Assembly: GCA_963514005.1 (NCBI GenBank)
Contig: CAUPSL010001113.1
Coordinates: 1 to 64,000 of the forward strand
From: Raja brachyura
Taxonomy: Eukaryota
DNA length: 64,000 nt
Direction: 5' to 3'
The translations under genes and the position numbers were made by a program. Positions 11,299-24,394 of this stretch are shown here, in pieces. The notes under the pieces were generated by a model. That model searched no databases. It was given only the letters and a program-made list of their open reading frames with translations, and was not told the DNA's origin. Within the stretch, counting starts at the first letter, position 1, and each line of letters opens with the position of its first letter.

Positions 11299-12530
11299 AT
11301 TCAGGATGTGGTACTAAGCTGTCAGATGTGTTAGGGCATTACTGGAATACCTGTGTGGTGAACTCCAGCAGAGCTCTGTTGAATCTCAAGAAGTGTTGAA
11401 CAGCCTCAACAAGGTGCCAATGGCAATCTCCACCTGCGATCCATCTGCCACTTGTCGGTGATTAATTGTATTGTTCTTATTGTCAAAGAGGGGAATTCGC
11501 TGGGTCATTTTTGAATAAGCCCACATTTCCTTTGAAAGATATAACTGATATGATTTATGTTGACTTTCTGTTTAAATGTATTGATCTTATTGAAACACGT
11601 ACTCCCAAGGGAGAATGTAAGCAGACAATCCCAAGAGCTACTAAGCAAGGCACCAGGTCTGATATTCAGACTGTTTAGCTTTATGACCAGTTATTGATCC
11701 TTGGAAGGGTCTAATCAATGCATTGTCCCTCTCTGTAAAACACACAATGCTGGAGTAACTCAGCAGATCTGGCAGCATCTCTGGAGGACATGGATGAAGC
11801 CACGTTTTTGGACTCCAGATTCGGTCTCCATGTTGGACCTCTATGGGTCCCTCAATGGCCAGGTATCTATCTGCAAAGGCTCTGAGCTCCCTGGCTGGTG
11901 TGCAGACACAGTCAAATTCCCCGCAGTCGACTTACTTTCCAAATCGCTAATTTTGGTTATCTTTCGGGGGAAGATGCAACTTTCCCACATTGCAACTAGT
12001 TGCCACCCAGCCGACTAAGAATACTTATTCTGTGAACGTTATGAGTCAGCCGCCCACGCAAAAAAAACAGCCCACATTCGGTAATTTGGTCTTCACGTTC
12101 AACTTTGCAAGTCTTCTTTCCGTGGCCGGGGGGTCTTTTTTCTTGAATGGGATGCGAGCTGCTCGCATCCAGGCTTCTGGAACGTCGGGAGTCCTTCCCG
12201 AATTCCGGCTGTTCCAATCCCGCCACCACGTTCTTGCAGAAACCCGAGACCTTCATCACCAATCTGCAGGCAATAATCCTGTGGGGGGGGGACATGTCCC
12301 ATTTCACCCAGTGGGAACTTGTTCAACCCAGAGCTCCCCACTGTTAGACGCCAGCTGTGGCAATTGCCAGAGGAAAGAATTTATATAGAAAATTGTCGCA
12401 TCTGTTTAAGGATGTCTATAAATGTCCAAATCTCTCTCAAGATATGTCATACTGATATAATTTATTATTTAAAATGTATTTCATGGATCATGGAAACTTT
12501 ATTGTCATCCAGACCTTTCGGCCTGAACGA

Positions 12531-12571
12531 AATTTATTTAATATTTCATTTATATTATTATTTATTACTTA

Positions 12572-12621
<50 letters not shown>

Positions 12622-12674
12622 TGTTATTTATATTATTATTCATGGTCAGGATGTTGGAAAACAAAGTTAATAAA
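12531..12674 (+). promoter_or_regulatory. AU-rich element cluster and AATAAA; probable end of the TNF 3'UTR
   Basis: At least 6 ATTTA pentamers, two TTATTTATT nonamers (12558-12566, 12572-12580), a (TTA)n run and AATAAA at 12669-12674. Confidence 0.5.
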
Positions 12675-12999
12675 AGTATTTTAAGAGCAAAATATTTTTA
12701 GTTGTCTTATTTCAATAGACAATAGTCAATAGGTGCAGGAGGAGGCCATTCGGCCCTTCGAGCCAGCACCGCCATTCAATGTGATCATGGCTGATCATCC
12801 ACAATCAGTACCCCGTTCCTGCCTTCTCCCCATATCCCCTGACTCCGCTATCTTTAAGAGCACTATCAAACTCTCTCTTGAAATGTGGATGTCATGCGGA
12901 TTTGTATGTTAGTTCCTTATAAGTGAAACATAGATAGAAACATAGATTTCTGTTGAGGGGATTATTATAGTCTGCAGGTCAGGCAGCATCTCAGAGGTC

Positions 13000-13575
13000 C
13001 TCCCCCTCCTTCTCCCCCCTGCCTCTCCCTCTCTAGACTACTATCTACCCCCCACCCCTTCCCTCTCTACCCCCCATCCCCCTCCCTCTACTCTCACTCT
13101 CTGCTCCCCTCCCTCTCCCTCTCTATCCCCTCCCCATCCCTCCCTCTCTACCCCCCTCCCTCTCTACCCGCCTCCCTCTCTACCCCCTCCCCCTCTACCC
13201 CCTCCCTCTCTACCCCCTCCCTCTCTACCCCCCTCCCTCTCTACCCCCCTCCCTCTCTACCCCCCTACCTCTCTACCCCCCTCCCTCTCTACCCTCCCTC
13301 CCTCTCTACACCCCTCCCTCTCTACCCTCCCTCCCTCTCTACACCCCTCCCTCTCTACCCCCCTCCCTCTCTACCCCCCCTCCCTCTCTACCCCCCTCTC
13401 TACCCCCCTCCCTATCTACCCCCCCTCTCTACCCCCCTCCCTCTCTACCCCCCCCTCTACCCTCTCCCTCTCTACCCCCCCCCCCCCTCTCTACCCCCCC
13501 TCCCTCTCTACCCCCCTCCCTCTCTACCCCCCTCCCTCTCTACCCCCCTCCCTCTCTACCCCCCTTCCCTCTCTA
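13000..13575. repeat. C-rich minisatellite (CCCTCTCTACCCCCT)n
   Basis: About 16-bp tandem units; the minus strand is G-run rich. Confidence 0.92.
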
Positions 13576-13789
13576 GGATGAGCAAAAATGAGCCGCGCCT
13601 GCGCAGTTGTGGGCTATGTGTGAGTGGTGCAATATTGTGTTGGGGAATGGGTGAGTGGTGGAATCTTGCATTGGGGGAGCAGACACACGGGTCTACACTT
13701 GGTCTAGTATCCCTCTAAACCTATCCTAATCGTGTACCTATCCAAATGTTTCTTAAACATTATGATAGTACCTGTCTCAACCACATATA

Positions 13790-14250
13790 ACCATATAACC
13801 ATATAACAATTACAGCACGGAAACAGGCCTTCTCGGCCCTTCCAGTCCGTGCCGACCATTTATTTTCCCCTAGTCCCATCTACCTGCACTCAGACCAAAC
13901 CCCTCCATTCCCTTCCCGTCCATATACCTATCCACTTTACTTTTAAATGTTAAAATCAATCCTGCCTCCACCACTTCTGCTGGAAGCTCATTCCACACAG
14001 CCACCACGAAGTTCCCCCTCATGTTACCCCTAAACGTCTGTCCCTTAATTCTTATGTCATGCTCTCTTGTTTGAATCTTCCCTACCCTCAATGGGAAAAG
14101 CTTATCCACGTCAACTCTGTCTATCCCTTTCATCATTTTAAAGACCTCAATCAAGTCCCCCCTTAACCTTCTGCGCTCCAAAGAATAAAGACCTAACTTG
14201 TTCAACCTTTCTCTGTAACTTAGTTGCTGGAACCCAGGCAACATTCTAGT
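13790..14250 (-). mobile_element. CR1 3' fragment
   Basis: ORF 13870-14244, near-identical to 1402-2016. Confidence 0.9.
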
Positions 14251-15214
14251 AACCCATATCCTCCATTCTGCTAATACTCTTTGTGAAAAAATTGTTGCCC
14301 CTCAGGTTCCTATTAAATCTTTCCCCACTCTCCTCATGTCTTCTTGTTCTTAATTCCCCAACTCTGGAAAAAATGTTCTGCGCATTTATCCGATCCTTTC
14401 CTCTGATGACCCAAAGCTCATCTAAAAGATCACCCTTCATCCTCCTGTGCTCCAAGGAATGAAGTCCTGGCCTTTCATCAGAGGGTGGCGAACCTGTGGA
14501 ATTCTTTGCCACAGCCGGCTGTGGAGGCCAAGTCAGTGGATATTTTTAAGACAGAGATCGATAGATTCTTAATCAGCACAGGTGTCATACGTTATGGGGA
14601 GAAGGCAGGAGAATGGGGCTGGGAAGAAGAGATAGTTCGTCCATGATTAAATGGTGGAGTAGACTTCATTGGCCAAATGGCCTAATTCTACATGACCTTA
14701 TGCTCCCTGCCTCCTCGTACAGCTCGGTCCCTCGAGTCCTGCCAACACCCTCATAAATCTTCTCGGCTTCCTTTCCAGCTCGACAGCATCATTTTAATCT
14801 CAGCAACTCTCTCTCCCCCTGTAGGCAAGCCAGTGGCTAACAAAGGCTCAGGGAAATCTGTCCGGTTTGGCAATTCTTGCAAAGAACGTCCGGCTAACTG
14901 ATTCTGAATCCAAGCAGACTTCCTCATCTTGAGGCGTCGAGATATTTTGGGGACTTTTGTAAAGGGACTCATGAAGCCAAATATAATTTTAAAGGGATGT
15001 GTTCACGTGTAAAACAGTTCCTATTTGGCAACAGACTGGAAAGTTATTGGGAGTTTTGACACTGCAGTTATCACATGGTCCCTGCGAAATGGCGGAACTG
15101 ACATATAATGAAAGAATGGGTCGACTGGGTTTGTATTCACCGGAATGTATAAGGATGAGAGGGGATCTTCAAAGGTCATGAGTGTTTTATTGTCATATGA
15201 CCCAGATGGGTCAT

Positions 15215-15745
15215 CTGACAATTTGGAAGTGGTAGGATGGGGACCCACAATCCCATTTATATCAACGGGACGATGGTGGAAAGGATCAAGAACTTCAAAT
15301 TCCTGGGCGTGCATATTTCCGAAGATCTTTCCTGGTCCCAGCACACAGATGCAGATATAAACAAGACACACCAGCACCTCTACCTCCTGAGAAGATTACG
15401 GAGAGTTAGTATGTCAAGGAGGACTCTCTCGAACTTCAACATGTGCACAGAAGAGAGCATGCTGACCGGTTGCATCGTGGCTTGGTTCGGCAACTTGAGC
15501 ATCCAGGAGCGGAAAATAATGCAGAAAGTTGTGTCCATCACCGGCTCTGACCTCCCCACCATCGAGGGGATCTATCGCAGTCGCTGCCTCAAAAAGGCTG
15601 CAAACATCATCAAAGATCCACACCATCCTGGCCACACACTCAGCTCACCGCTGCCATCAGGTAGAAGGTACAGGAACCTGAAATCTGGAACATCCAGGTT
15701 CAGGAACAGCTGCTTCCCCACAGCCATCAGGATATGAAACTGGCC
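15215..15745 (+). mobile_element. Rex1/Babar-type LINE RT C-terminal fragment
   Basis: INGTMVERIKNFKFLGVHISEDLSW...LYLLRRLRR...ESMLTGCIVAWFGN...IIKDPHHPGH...LPSGRRYR. Confidence 0.8.
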
Positions 15746-17549
15746 ATCAAACAAATTCAGATTCAGATTCAGATTCAGATTACCTTTATTGTCATTCAGA
15801 CCTTTCGGTCTGAACGAAAATTCGTGCCTGCAGTCATACATATATTAAAAGTAACAGAAACACACAAAAAACACAAATTTAACATCCACCACAGTGAGTT
15901 CACCAAACACCTCCTCACTGTGATGGAAGGCAAAAAGTCTTAGTCTTTGTCTCTTCCCTCCTTGTTCTCCCTCTGCGCTCAGGCGATCCAGGCCTCCGAT
16001 GTTGTGACCCCGCCGGGTGTTGGTATGTGAGTCAGTCCCGCGGCTGAATCCAGCTCCCCGAACGGGCCGATTCAAACTCCGCGGCCCGGGTCGGTCAAAG
16101 CTGCCGAAGCTGCCGCCCTCCAGTCCAGCGGGACGTAGCTGTTGTTGCGGGAGCTGCAGAAAACAGGTCACCAACCTGTGACCTGCGAGCTCCCGACGCT
16201 GTCGTCCAATGGGCCCGCGGCCGGGCCTCGGAATCGGCGCTGCCACCGCCGCCGAAACGCCAGAACACTGCCACAGCTCCAAAGTCGGGCCACAGCTCCA
16301 GGTCGGGCCGCTGCCGCTACCGGAACGCCGGAATGCCGCCACAGCTCCAAGTCGGGCCGCTGCTGCTGCCAGGTCAGGCCGGTCGACCCACTGCCGCTGA
16401 CGGAACCGCCGCTGACAGAACTGCCGCTGCCACGAACGCCGCCCGAGCCCGTCAGCTCCGAGGCCCCGAGGCCGTCAGCTCCGCCATTAGGGCCTCAGCG
16501 CATACGGAGAAAGGGGATACAACAAGAAAAGGTCGTATCCCCCCGAAGGAAGAGACTAAAACCCTGTTTCTCCCCCCCTCCCCCCCCCCCCCCCCCCCAC
16601 ACTTACACAATCTAATAAACTAACTAAACTAAAACAGACATAAGCAAAAACAACAAAAAAAAAGAAAAAAACAGACCGACTGCAGGCGAGCCGCAGCTGC
16701 CAGGCAGCGCCGCCATTTCCGGGAATCTATACGCAGGGCGAACAAATTCAGAATTCAGCACAAATGCTGAACAATAACAGCCTATTGCATTTTATCTGTT
16801 TATTTATTGTGTACATATATGGTCTGTAGTCTATAGACACACTGAACTTTTATCTCCTGTTCTGTATTATGTTTACATATCCTGTTGTGCTGCAGCAAGC
16901 AAGAATGTCATTGTCCTATCTGGGGCACATGACAATAAATGTACAGCACTTTGGCCAACGAGAGTTGTTTTTTAAATGTGGGCTAGAAATAAAAGTGACT
17001 TGACTTCACTATAATAGTGTGCAAGAAGGAACTGCTGCTGCTGGTTTAAACCAAAGATAGACACAAAAAGCTGGAGTAACTCATCGGGGCAGGCAGCATC
17101 TCTGGAGTGAAGGAATGGGTGACGTTTCGGGTCAAGACCCTTCTTCAGGCATAGGATAAGTTTAGAGGGATATGGGCCAAATGCAGGCAGGTGGGACTAG
17201 TGTAGAATGAGCATGTTGGGCCGAAGGGCCTGTTTCCATGCTGTGTGAAGCTATGACTCAGGCTCTGATCTGTCTCCTGTGACCAGTTTACTTTCCATTT
17301 CCTCTCCGCTCTTTGACACGTTCTGACTGGCCCTCTCCTGTTAAATGTGAACTTCCCCTTTCCCTCACTAATTTGGTTCTGCATTGGGTCCACACCCCCC
17401 CCCCCCCCCCCAAGGGTATAACATAAGGATTAAAATAAACTGTGCATCAGCTAAAATTGAGTTGTCAGCTAACAGCCATGTGCATGCATCTCAGCTTATA
17501 GAACAGGACTGGGCTTGCTTAAATGTTTGGGAAAATCCGTGAGCTAACT

Positions 17550-18410
17550 ATAGAGTCTGCATCCTCCGGGCTTAAACATTGAATGTTCTCAATTCTGTTA
17601 ACCCTTGCTGTCTCCTCCCCTTCCCACCTCTCCCTCAGCCCTCGGGCCCTGGCATTCCTTCTCTCTCTATCTCTCCCCCACCCAAGTCACACTAGCTTCT
17701 CATTTTCACACCACAAACGGCTTACAACGGCCTGTTTCCTTTATCATCGATACTTTTTTTCATATCTCCTTGGCTCCTCAGATGCTGCTGCACCCGCTGA
17801 GTTTCTCCAGCCTTTTGTGTGCCCTCGATTCTCCAGCATCTGCAGTTCCTTCTTTATCAACTTCTTAAAGCAGACCATGAGACCAAGCGGAGGCTTGGCG
17901 ATCGTTTCGCCGAACACCTCCGCTCGGTCCGCAATAACCAACCCGACCTCCCGGTGGCTCAGCACTTCAACTCTCCCTCCCATTCCGTATCCGACCTCTC
18001 GGTCCTGGGCCTCCTCCAGAGTGAGCAACACCGCAAGTTGGAGGAACAGCACCTCATATTCCGCTTGGGGAGTCTGCATCCTCTGGGCTTAAACATTGAA
18101 TTTTCTCAATTCTGTTAACCCTTGCTGCCTCCTCCCCTTCCCACCTCTCCCTCAGCCCTCGGGCCCTGGCATTCCTTCTCTCTCTATCTCTCCCCCACCC
18201 AAGTCGCACTAGCTTCTCATTTTCACACTACAAACAGCTTACAATGGCCTGTTTCCTTTATCATCGATACTTTTTTGCATATCTTTCATTCATCTCTCCA
18301 CATCACCGTCTATATCTCTCGTTTCCCTGATCCCTGACCAGTCTGAAGAAGGGTCTCGACCCGAAACATCGCTTATCTCCTTCGCTCCTTAGATGCTGCT
18401 GCACCCGCTG
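17550..18410 (+). mobile_element. Penelope-like fragments (two partial tandem copies)
   Basis: GIY-YIG C-terminus ETKRRLGDRFAEH...LNIEFSQFC, plus a duplicated 3' region. Confidence 0.85.
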
Positions 18411-20530
18411 ACTTCGCCCCCGGACTGTCATCTATCCACCTACTGTAATTTGTACTGTAACTGTAACCCATACTGGATATAGGAATCCTATTATCCATTC
18501 TATTATCCATTGTCTTTTTATAGATATGTATATAGTGCTGCAAAAACTGTGCACCTTATCCCCCCCCCTTTTTGTCTTGTTTTTGCACTGAGCAGGAGCA
18601 GTTTTTAATCTCACTGTACACGTGTATAGTGACAATAAAAGGCATTGTGATTCTGATTCTGATTTCTCCAGCCTTTTGTGTACCCTATATTAAAGTTTAC
18701 CGCTTTGCAGTTGGCCTTGTGATCAACTGTATCTTTAGTTACTGACTTACTTACTTACTGCCTATTGTGCATCCTGGCATGTAGTGCAGCAACGAAGGTC
18801 CTCCACTCAGTGGTGTTGGTTCCTTCAGTTGCTGTTTCCGTAACAGATTTGTTTTACGAGACAGGGTTGTTAGCCCTGTGCTCAACCGCCAACCTGGAGG
18901 ACCAGTGGATCGCTCTTTGTCTCGCTTCTACCCTTCCACCTGTCCAGCACGGGAGACCCTAACAGGAGACGATTCTCCCGCTGGCGTAGCTCTAGGGGTC
19001 ACTGAGACACACGAGCTCCCCGACCACGGCAAGGTTGCAATCCAATGGGGAGAATCTATAGGGGGTTTGAGAACCAGGGGCCACAGTTTAAGAATAAGGG
19101 GTAAGCCATTTAGAATGGAGATGAGGAAACACTTTTTCACACAGAGAGTTGTGAGTCTGTGGAATTTTCTGCCTCAGAGGGCTGTGGAGTCCGGTTCTCT
19201 GGACACTTTCAAGAGAGAGCTAGAAGGGGCTCCTAAAGATAGTTGAGTCAGGGGATATGGGGAGAAGGCAGGAACGGGGTACTGATTGGGGATGATCAGC
19301 CATGATCTCATTGAACGGCGGTGCTGGCTCGAAGGGCCGAATGGCCTCCTCCTGCATATATTGTCTATTTGCTCAGTGGCACAGGGGTAGAGTTGCTGCC
19401 TTACATAGAGTCATAGATAGTCATAGATTAGTACAGCGTGGAAACAGGCCCTTCGGCCCATCTCGCCCACACTGGCCAACAAGGTCCCAGCTAACCTACT
19501 CCCACCTGCCTGCGCTTGGACCATAACCCTCCAAACCTTTTCTATCCATGTACCTGTCCAACTGTTTCGTAAACGATGGGATAGTCCCAGCCTCAACTAC
19601 CTCCTCTGGCAGCTTGTTCCATACACCCACCAATGTAAATAAATTGTTACCCCTCGGATTCCTATTAAATCTTTCCCCCTTCACCTTGAACCTGTGTCAA
19701 GAGCTAGAGAGGGCTCTTTCGAGAGAGAGCTGTGACAAATAAAATTGACTATTGGGCTCTTAAACATTGGGTTTTTAAAGATAGCGGAGTCAAGGGATGT
19801 GGGGAGAAGGCAGGAACGGGGTACTGATTGTGGATGATCAGCCATGATCACATTGAATATCAGTGCTGGCTTTTTCACACAGAGGGTAAGTAAGTAAATT
19901 TCATTTATATAGCATGTTTAAATCAACTCGCATTGAAACCAAAGTGCTTTACGTAGAAGAAATAATTATGGACATCCATAGAGAATTTTTTTTTTCTTTT
20001 AAATGACACAACACATTGTAGAATTCAACATGAAGATCCCCCCACAGCAGAATCAAAATTTTCCACTGGTGATATGGTCTGTGGAGTTCTCTGCCTCAGA
20101 GGGCGGTGGAGGCCGGTTCTCTGGATGCTTTCAAGAGAGAGCTAGATACGGCTCTTAAAAATAGCAGAGTCAGGGGATTTGGGGAGAAGGCAGGAACGGG
20201 GTACTGATTGGGGATGGTCAGCCATGATCACATTGAATGGCGGTGCTGGCTCGAAGGGCCAAATGGCCTACTCCTGCACCTATTGTCTATTGTGTCCTCT
20301 GGTCCTTGATTCCCCGACTCTCAGTAAAAGACTCTATCTACCAATCTATTCCTCTCATGATTTTGTACAGCGCCAGCAACCTCGTATTCATAGCTGACCA
20401 TGCGTACTCTCTGTAGGGAGTCTGTACGTTCTCCCTGTGATCGTGTGGGTTTTCTCCGGGTGCTCCGGTTTCCTGCCACACTCCAAAGACGTGCGGGTTT
20501 GTAGGTTATTTGTCTTATGTATATTGTTTC

Positions 20531-21800
20531 CAGGCACGTGCGTTAGTAATTACTCAGGGTAGGCACTCATTCCGCTTTTTAAAAAAATTAAACCGCGTAT
20601 GCGCAGATTGATCTCTCCGTTAAATAAATAAATAAATAAAAACAGTGACATTTCAATTTGCCGAAGGCTTCCTAGTCCTAGACCAATTGGGGAAACAGTT
20701 CCTTTCACAGCGTGTGTAGAGTCTGTGCCAGGGTTAAAGTTGTGGGGAGGGCACGAGCGTTGAGAAGGAGGGTGTCGGGGATACTGCCAGTAACTCACTC
20801 ACTCACCGCTACCGCAGCTCTCCGGGCGCGAAGCCACGCACTGTAGCTGGGAATAGAAGCAGTTCGGGGAGCTACGAGCGGCCACCGGGACCCGACAGCA
20901 GAACTGGCCGCCACTTCAGCGCCTTCTGCCGGCCCGCTCACCTTTGGCAGTGCTCTCCATCGGAACACCTGCCGTTCGCCGACTTCGCTCATGTCAGCGA
21001 CTTCCTGCAAATCCCTAAATTCCCACAGCCGAGTAACCTCAATCACGCTGAATTTAATGACATGAGTGAGGCCAGCGAGCGGCAGGAGAGAGGTTTTTAG
21101 ACGGAGAGCTGCCAAAGGTGAGTGGGGACCGGCAGAAGGAGCTAAGGTGGCGGCTGGTTCCGCTGTCCGGCCCGGCTGCCACTCAGCCACCCGAACTACT
21201 TCTCTCTCTTCCCCCCCCCCCCGGCCGCAGAGCGGTGGCATTCCACGCCTCCGTGCAAGGAGCGTCGCAAGTGGATGCCCCCGACCCCTCATTCATAACA
21301 TCTGTGCCCTCCCCGCAACTTTACCCAGGGCCAGACTACCCAAACGCTGTGAAAGGAGCTCTCCCCCCCACCCCCCCCCCACCCCCACACCCCGGGACAT
21401 ACGGTATTTAAAAACATAAAGACAAAATGTACTTACCACATCATTGGTACACGACAAACCATAGTTGAAAACCCCGCCAAGAAACTTGCGCTGCGCACGC
21501 ATGTGCAGTAGACTGATGCGCATGCGCAGTACAGCAAAGGCAGAATTTCTGCTGCCATCAGCCCCGCTTGAAACTGACGGCTTCAGGCAGCGCTGACGGC
21601 ACGTGGGCTGCACAGACCTTCCCGTGTTACAAGCGCTGCGGATGAAAGGCACGGAGAATTATGCCTACCTAAGGGATCGGTCCTTTAAAAATAGGCATTA
21701 TTTCCCCATGCCTTTATTATTTATATTTAGTTATTACTATGTTATAATTTTAGTCAGGGTAGGCAGTGCCTACCTTGCCTACCCTGACGGCACGTGCTTG
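20531..21800. mobile_element. Non-autonomous hAT DNA transposon
   Basis: TIRs CAGGCACGTGC / GCACGTGCTTG, subterminal CAGGGTAGGCA repeats and a perfect 8-bp TSD ATTGTTTC (20523-20530, 21801-21808). It splits a V-SINE. Confidence 0.88.
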
Positions 21801-22274
21801 ATTGTTTCAGAGTGTGTAGGATAGAACTGGTGTACGGGTCGGCACGGACTCAGTGGGCCGAATGGCCTGTTTCCACGCCATATCTCATAACTAAACTAAA
21901 CAAAACACCCCCCCATCAGAAAAGCCCCAGCAAACGTAACTAGTCACACCATACTCAATACCCCCACATTGGAACACCCTTTCCTTTCACTTTAACGGTG
22001 GTTTCATGACACATTGACCACAAATTTGACACTCATGTTTCTGGAGGGGACTGCCGTGTCCATCTGAACTTTGGTCGTTCAATCCCATGTCAACTCTCCG
22101 ATCGATTTTTTTTCTTCCCCCTCTCTCCCAAATATTATTCCAAGTCACCGAAGGAAAAGAGGCAACAGGAATCTGAAGGGCAACTGCGTCACTCCAAGAG
22201 CAGTAGGTGTATGGAATGAGCTGTCAGAGCAGCTAGATGAGGCAGGGACTATTTATAGTCCCATCATAGGGACT

Positions 22275-23560
22275 ATGATGAAAGGGATAGACAGAGTTGA
22301 CGTGGATAAGCTTTTCCCATTGAGGGCAGGGAAGAGTCAAACAAGAGGGCATGACTTGAGAATTAAGGGACAGAAGTTTAGGGGTAACATGAGGGGGAAC
22401 GTCTTTACTCAGAGAGTGGTGGCTGTGTGGAATGAGCTTCCAGCAGAAGTGGTGGAGGCAGGATCGATTGTAACATTTAAAAGTAAAGTGGTTAGGTATA
22501 TGGACGGGAAGGGAATGGAGGGCTGTGGCCTGAGTGCAGGTAGATGGGACTTGGGGGAAATAAATGGTCGGCACGGACTGGAAGGGCCTAGAGGGCCTGT
22601 TTCCGTGCTGTAATTGTTATATGGTTTATCTGGTTGCTATCGCGACGTTTAACAAACAATAGACAATAGGTGCAGGAGGAGGCCATTCGGCCCTTCGAGC
22701 CAGCACCGCCATTCAATGTGATCATGGCTGATCATCCACAATCAGTACCCCGTTCCTGCCTTACCCCCATATCCCCTGACTCCGCTATCTTTAAGAGCTC
22801 TATCTAACTCTCTCTCCAAGGCATCCAGAGAACCGGCCTCCACCGCCCTCTGAGGCAGAGAATTCCACAGACTCACAACTCTCTGGGTGAAAAAGTGTTT
22901 CCTCATCTCTGTTCTAAATGGCTTACCCCTTATTCTTAAACTGTGTGGCCCCTGGTTCTGGACTCCCCCAACATCCGGAACAGTTAGACAGGTACATGGA
23001 TAGGACCGGTTTGGGAGGGATAGGGACCAAACGCAGGCAGGTGGGACTAGTGTGGCTGGGACAAGTTGGACTGAAGGGCCAGTTTCCACACTGTATCACT
23101 ATGAGTCTATCCAAATCACACCAGGACTCTCACCAAATGGAGAATGGTGAGGCTGGGCTTGTATACTCTGGAATTTAGGATTAGAGGGGATCTTATTGAA
23201 ACATAAGATTATTAAGGGTTTAGACACGCTAGAGGCAGGAAACATGTTCCTGATGTTGGGGGAGTCCGGAACCAGGGACCACAGTTTAAGAATCAGGGGT
23301 AAGCCATTTAGAACGGAGATGAGGAAACACTTTCTCACACAGAGTTGTGAGTCTGTGGAATTCTCTGCCTCAGAGGGCGGTGGAGGCCGGTTCTCTGGAT
23401 ACTTTCAAGAGAGAGGGAGATAGGGCTCTTAAAGATAGTGGAGTCAGGGGATATGGAGAGAAGGCAGGAACGGGGTACTGATTGGGGATGATCAGCCATG
23501 ATCACATTGAATGGCGGTGCTGGCTCGGTGGCGAATGGCCTACTCCTGCACCTATTGTCT
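22275..23560. mobile_element. Cluster of CR1 3' fragments
   Basis: ORFs 22071-22613, 22742-23089 and 23196-23423 are CR1 C-termini. Confidence 0.85.
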
Positions 23561-24394
23561 GCTGTATATTGATTTGTCAAAGGTCACTCACTATAAAGAA
23601 AAAGCAAGTGAAGCGCTGACTGTACAAACTGTGTATAAATTCTGATCTTTATTCATGATTTAAGTGGAAAAATCAGTAATTTTAGGAACCGATGTGAAGA
23701 AACTGAACGCTGCCACTCCTCGCTCTATGTTCCAGTTTCTTGTGGATGATAAATGACATAAAGCAACGTAGAAATTCAAATTGGATGACATTTTTAATAT
23801 TATTTTCATACATATTATTCCTCAAAGGATAGGAAATCACATTTCAAACATAATGCACAATACTTTATACGTTTAAACAACAAATGGCTGCAAATGAATA
23901 AAATACAAATCATTGCTCGGATCCCTCTGTTACAAATGCAGAGAGACAGTAAACATGTAAATCTTAAATTTTGATTGGGAAAATATGACTGAATTTCGAT
24001 AACAGCGATTGTGTGGCATAAACAATGCAGAGAAAGACTTGCATCAGTTTGACACACTGTATCATTTTGAAATTAAAAAAATATATTTTAAATCGATTGT
24101 TTAATTTTTTAAAAATCGTTTAATTGAAAAATACATTACGGGGGTGCCAGGTACCGACGGGACACCGGCCCGGAGCAGCGGCCCCACAGCCAGCGTGGAG
24201 AAGCGCCAACCCCACCTCCGCGTGCCCCCGCTGGGCCAACTGACAGCTGGAGTCAGCGCCTCCCCACCCCCCCCCCCCCTGCCCCCGCGCGCCGGCTGCC
24301 ATCGCCCCACTAGCCCAGGGCCACCCTGGGCAGGTACGGGACACGCTGGAGGGGACGGCCCAACAGCGCCGGAGACCTGGGCCCTACCCCGCTG

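Noticed and set aside
14692-14972. Exon-like segment downstream of TNF (possible LTB/LTA remnant)
   Set aside because: The minus strand translates to a decayed CR1 motif (ELERKPRRFMRVLAGLEG); no TNF-family residues.
15760-16740. GC-rich ORFs 15845-16623 as a host gene
   Set aside because: They lie within a repeat with an (ATTCAG)n tail and internal short duplications; no domain or splice structure was recognised.
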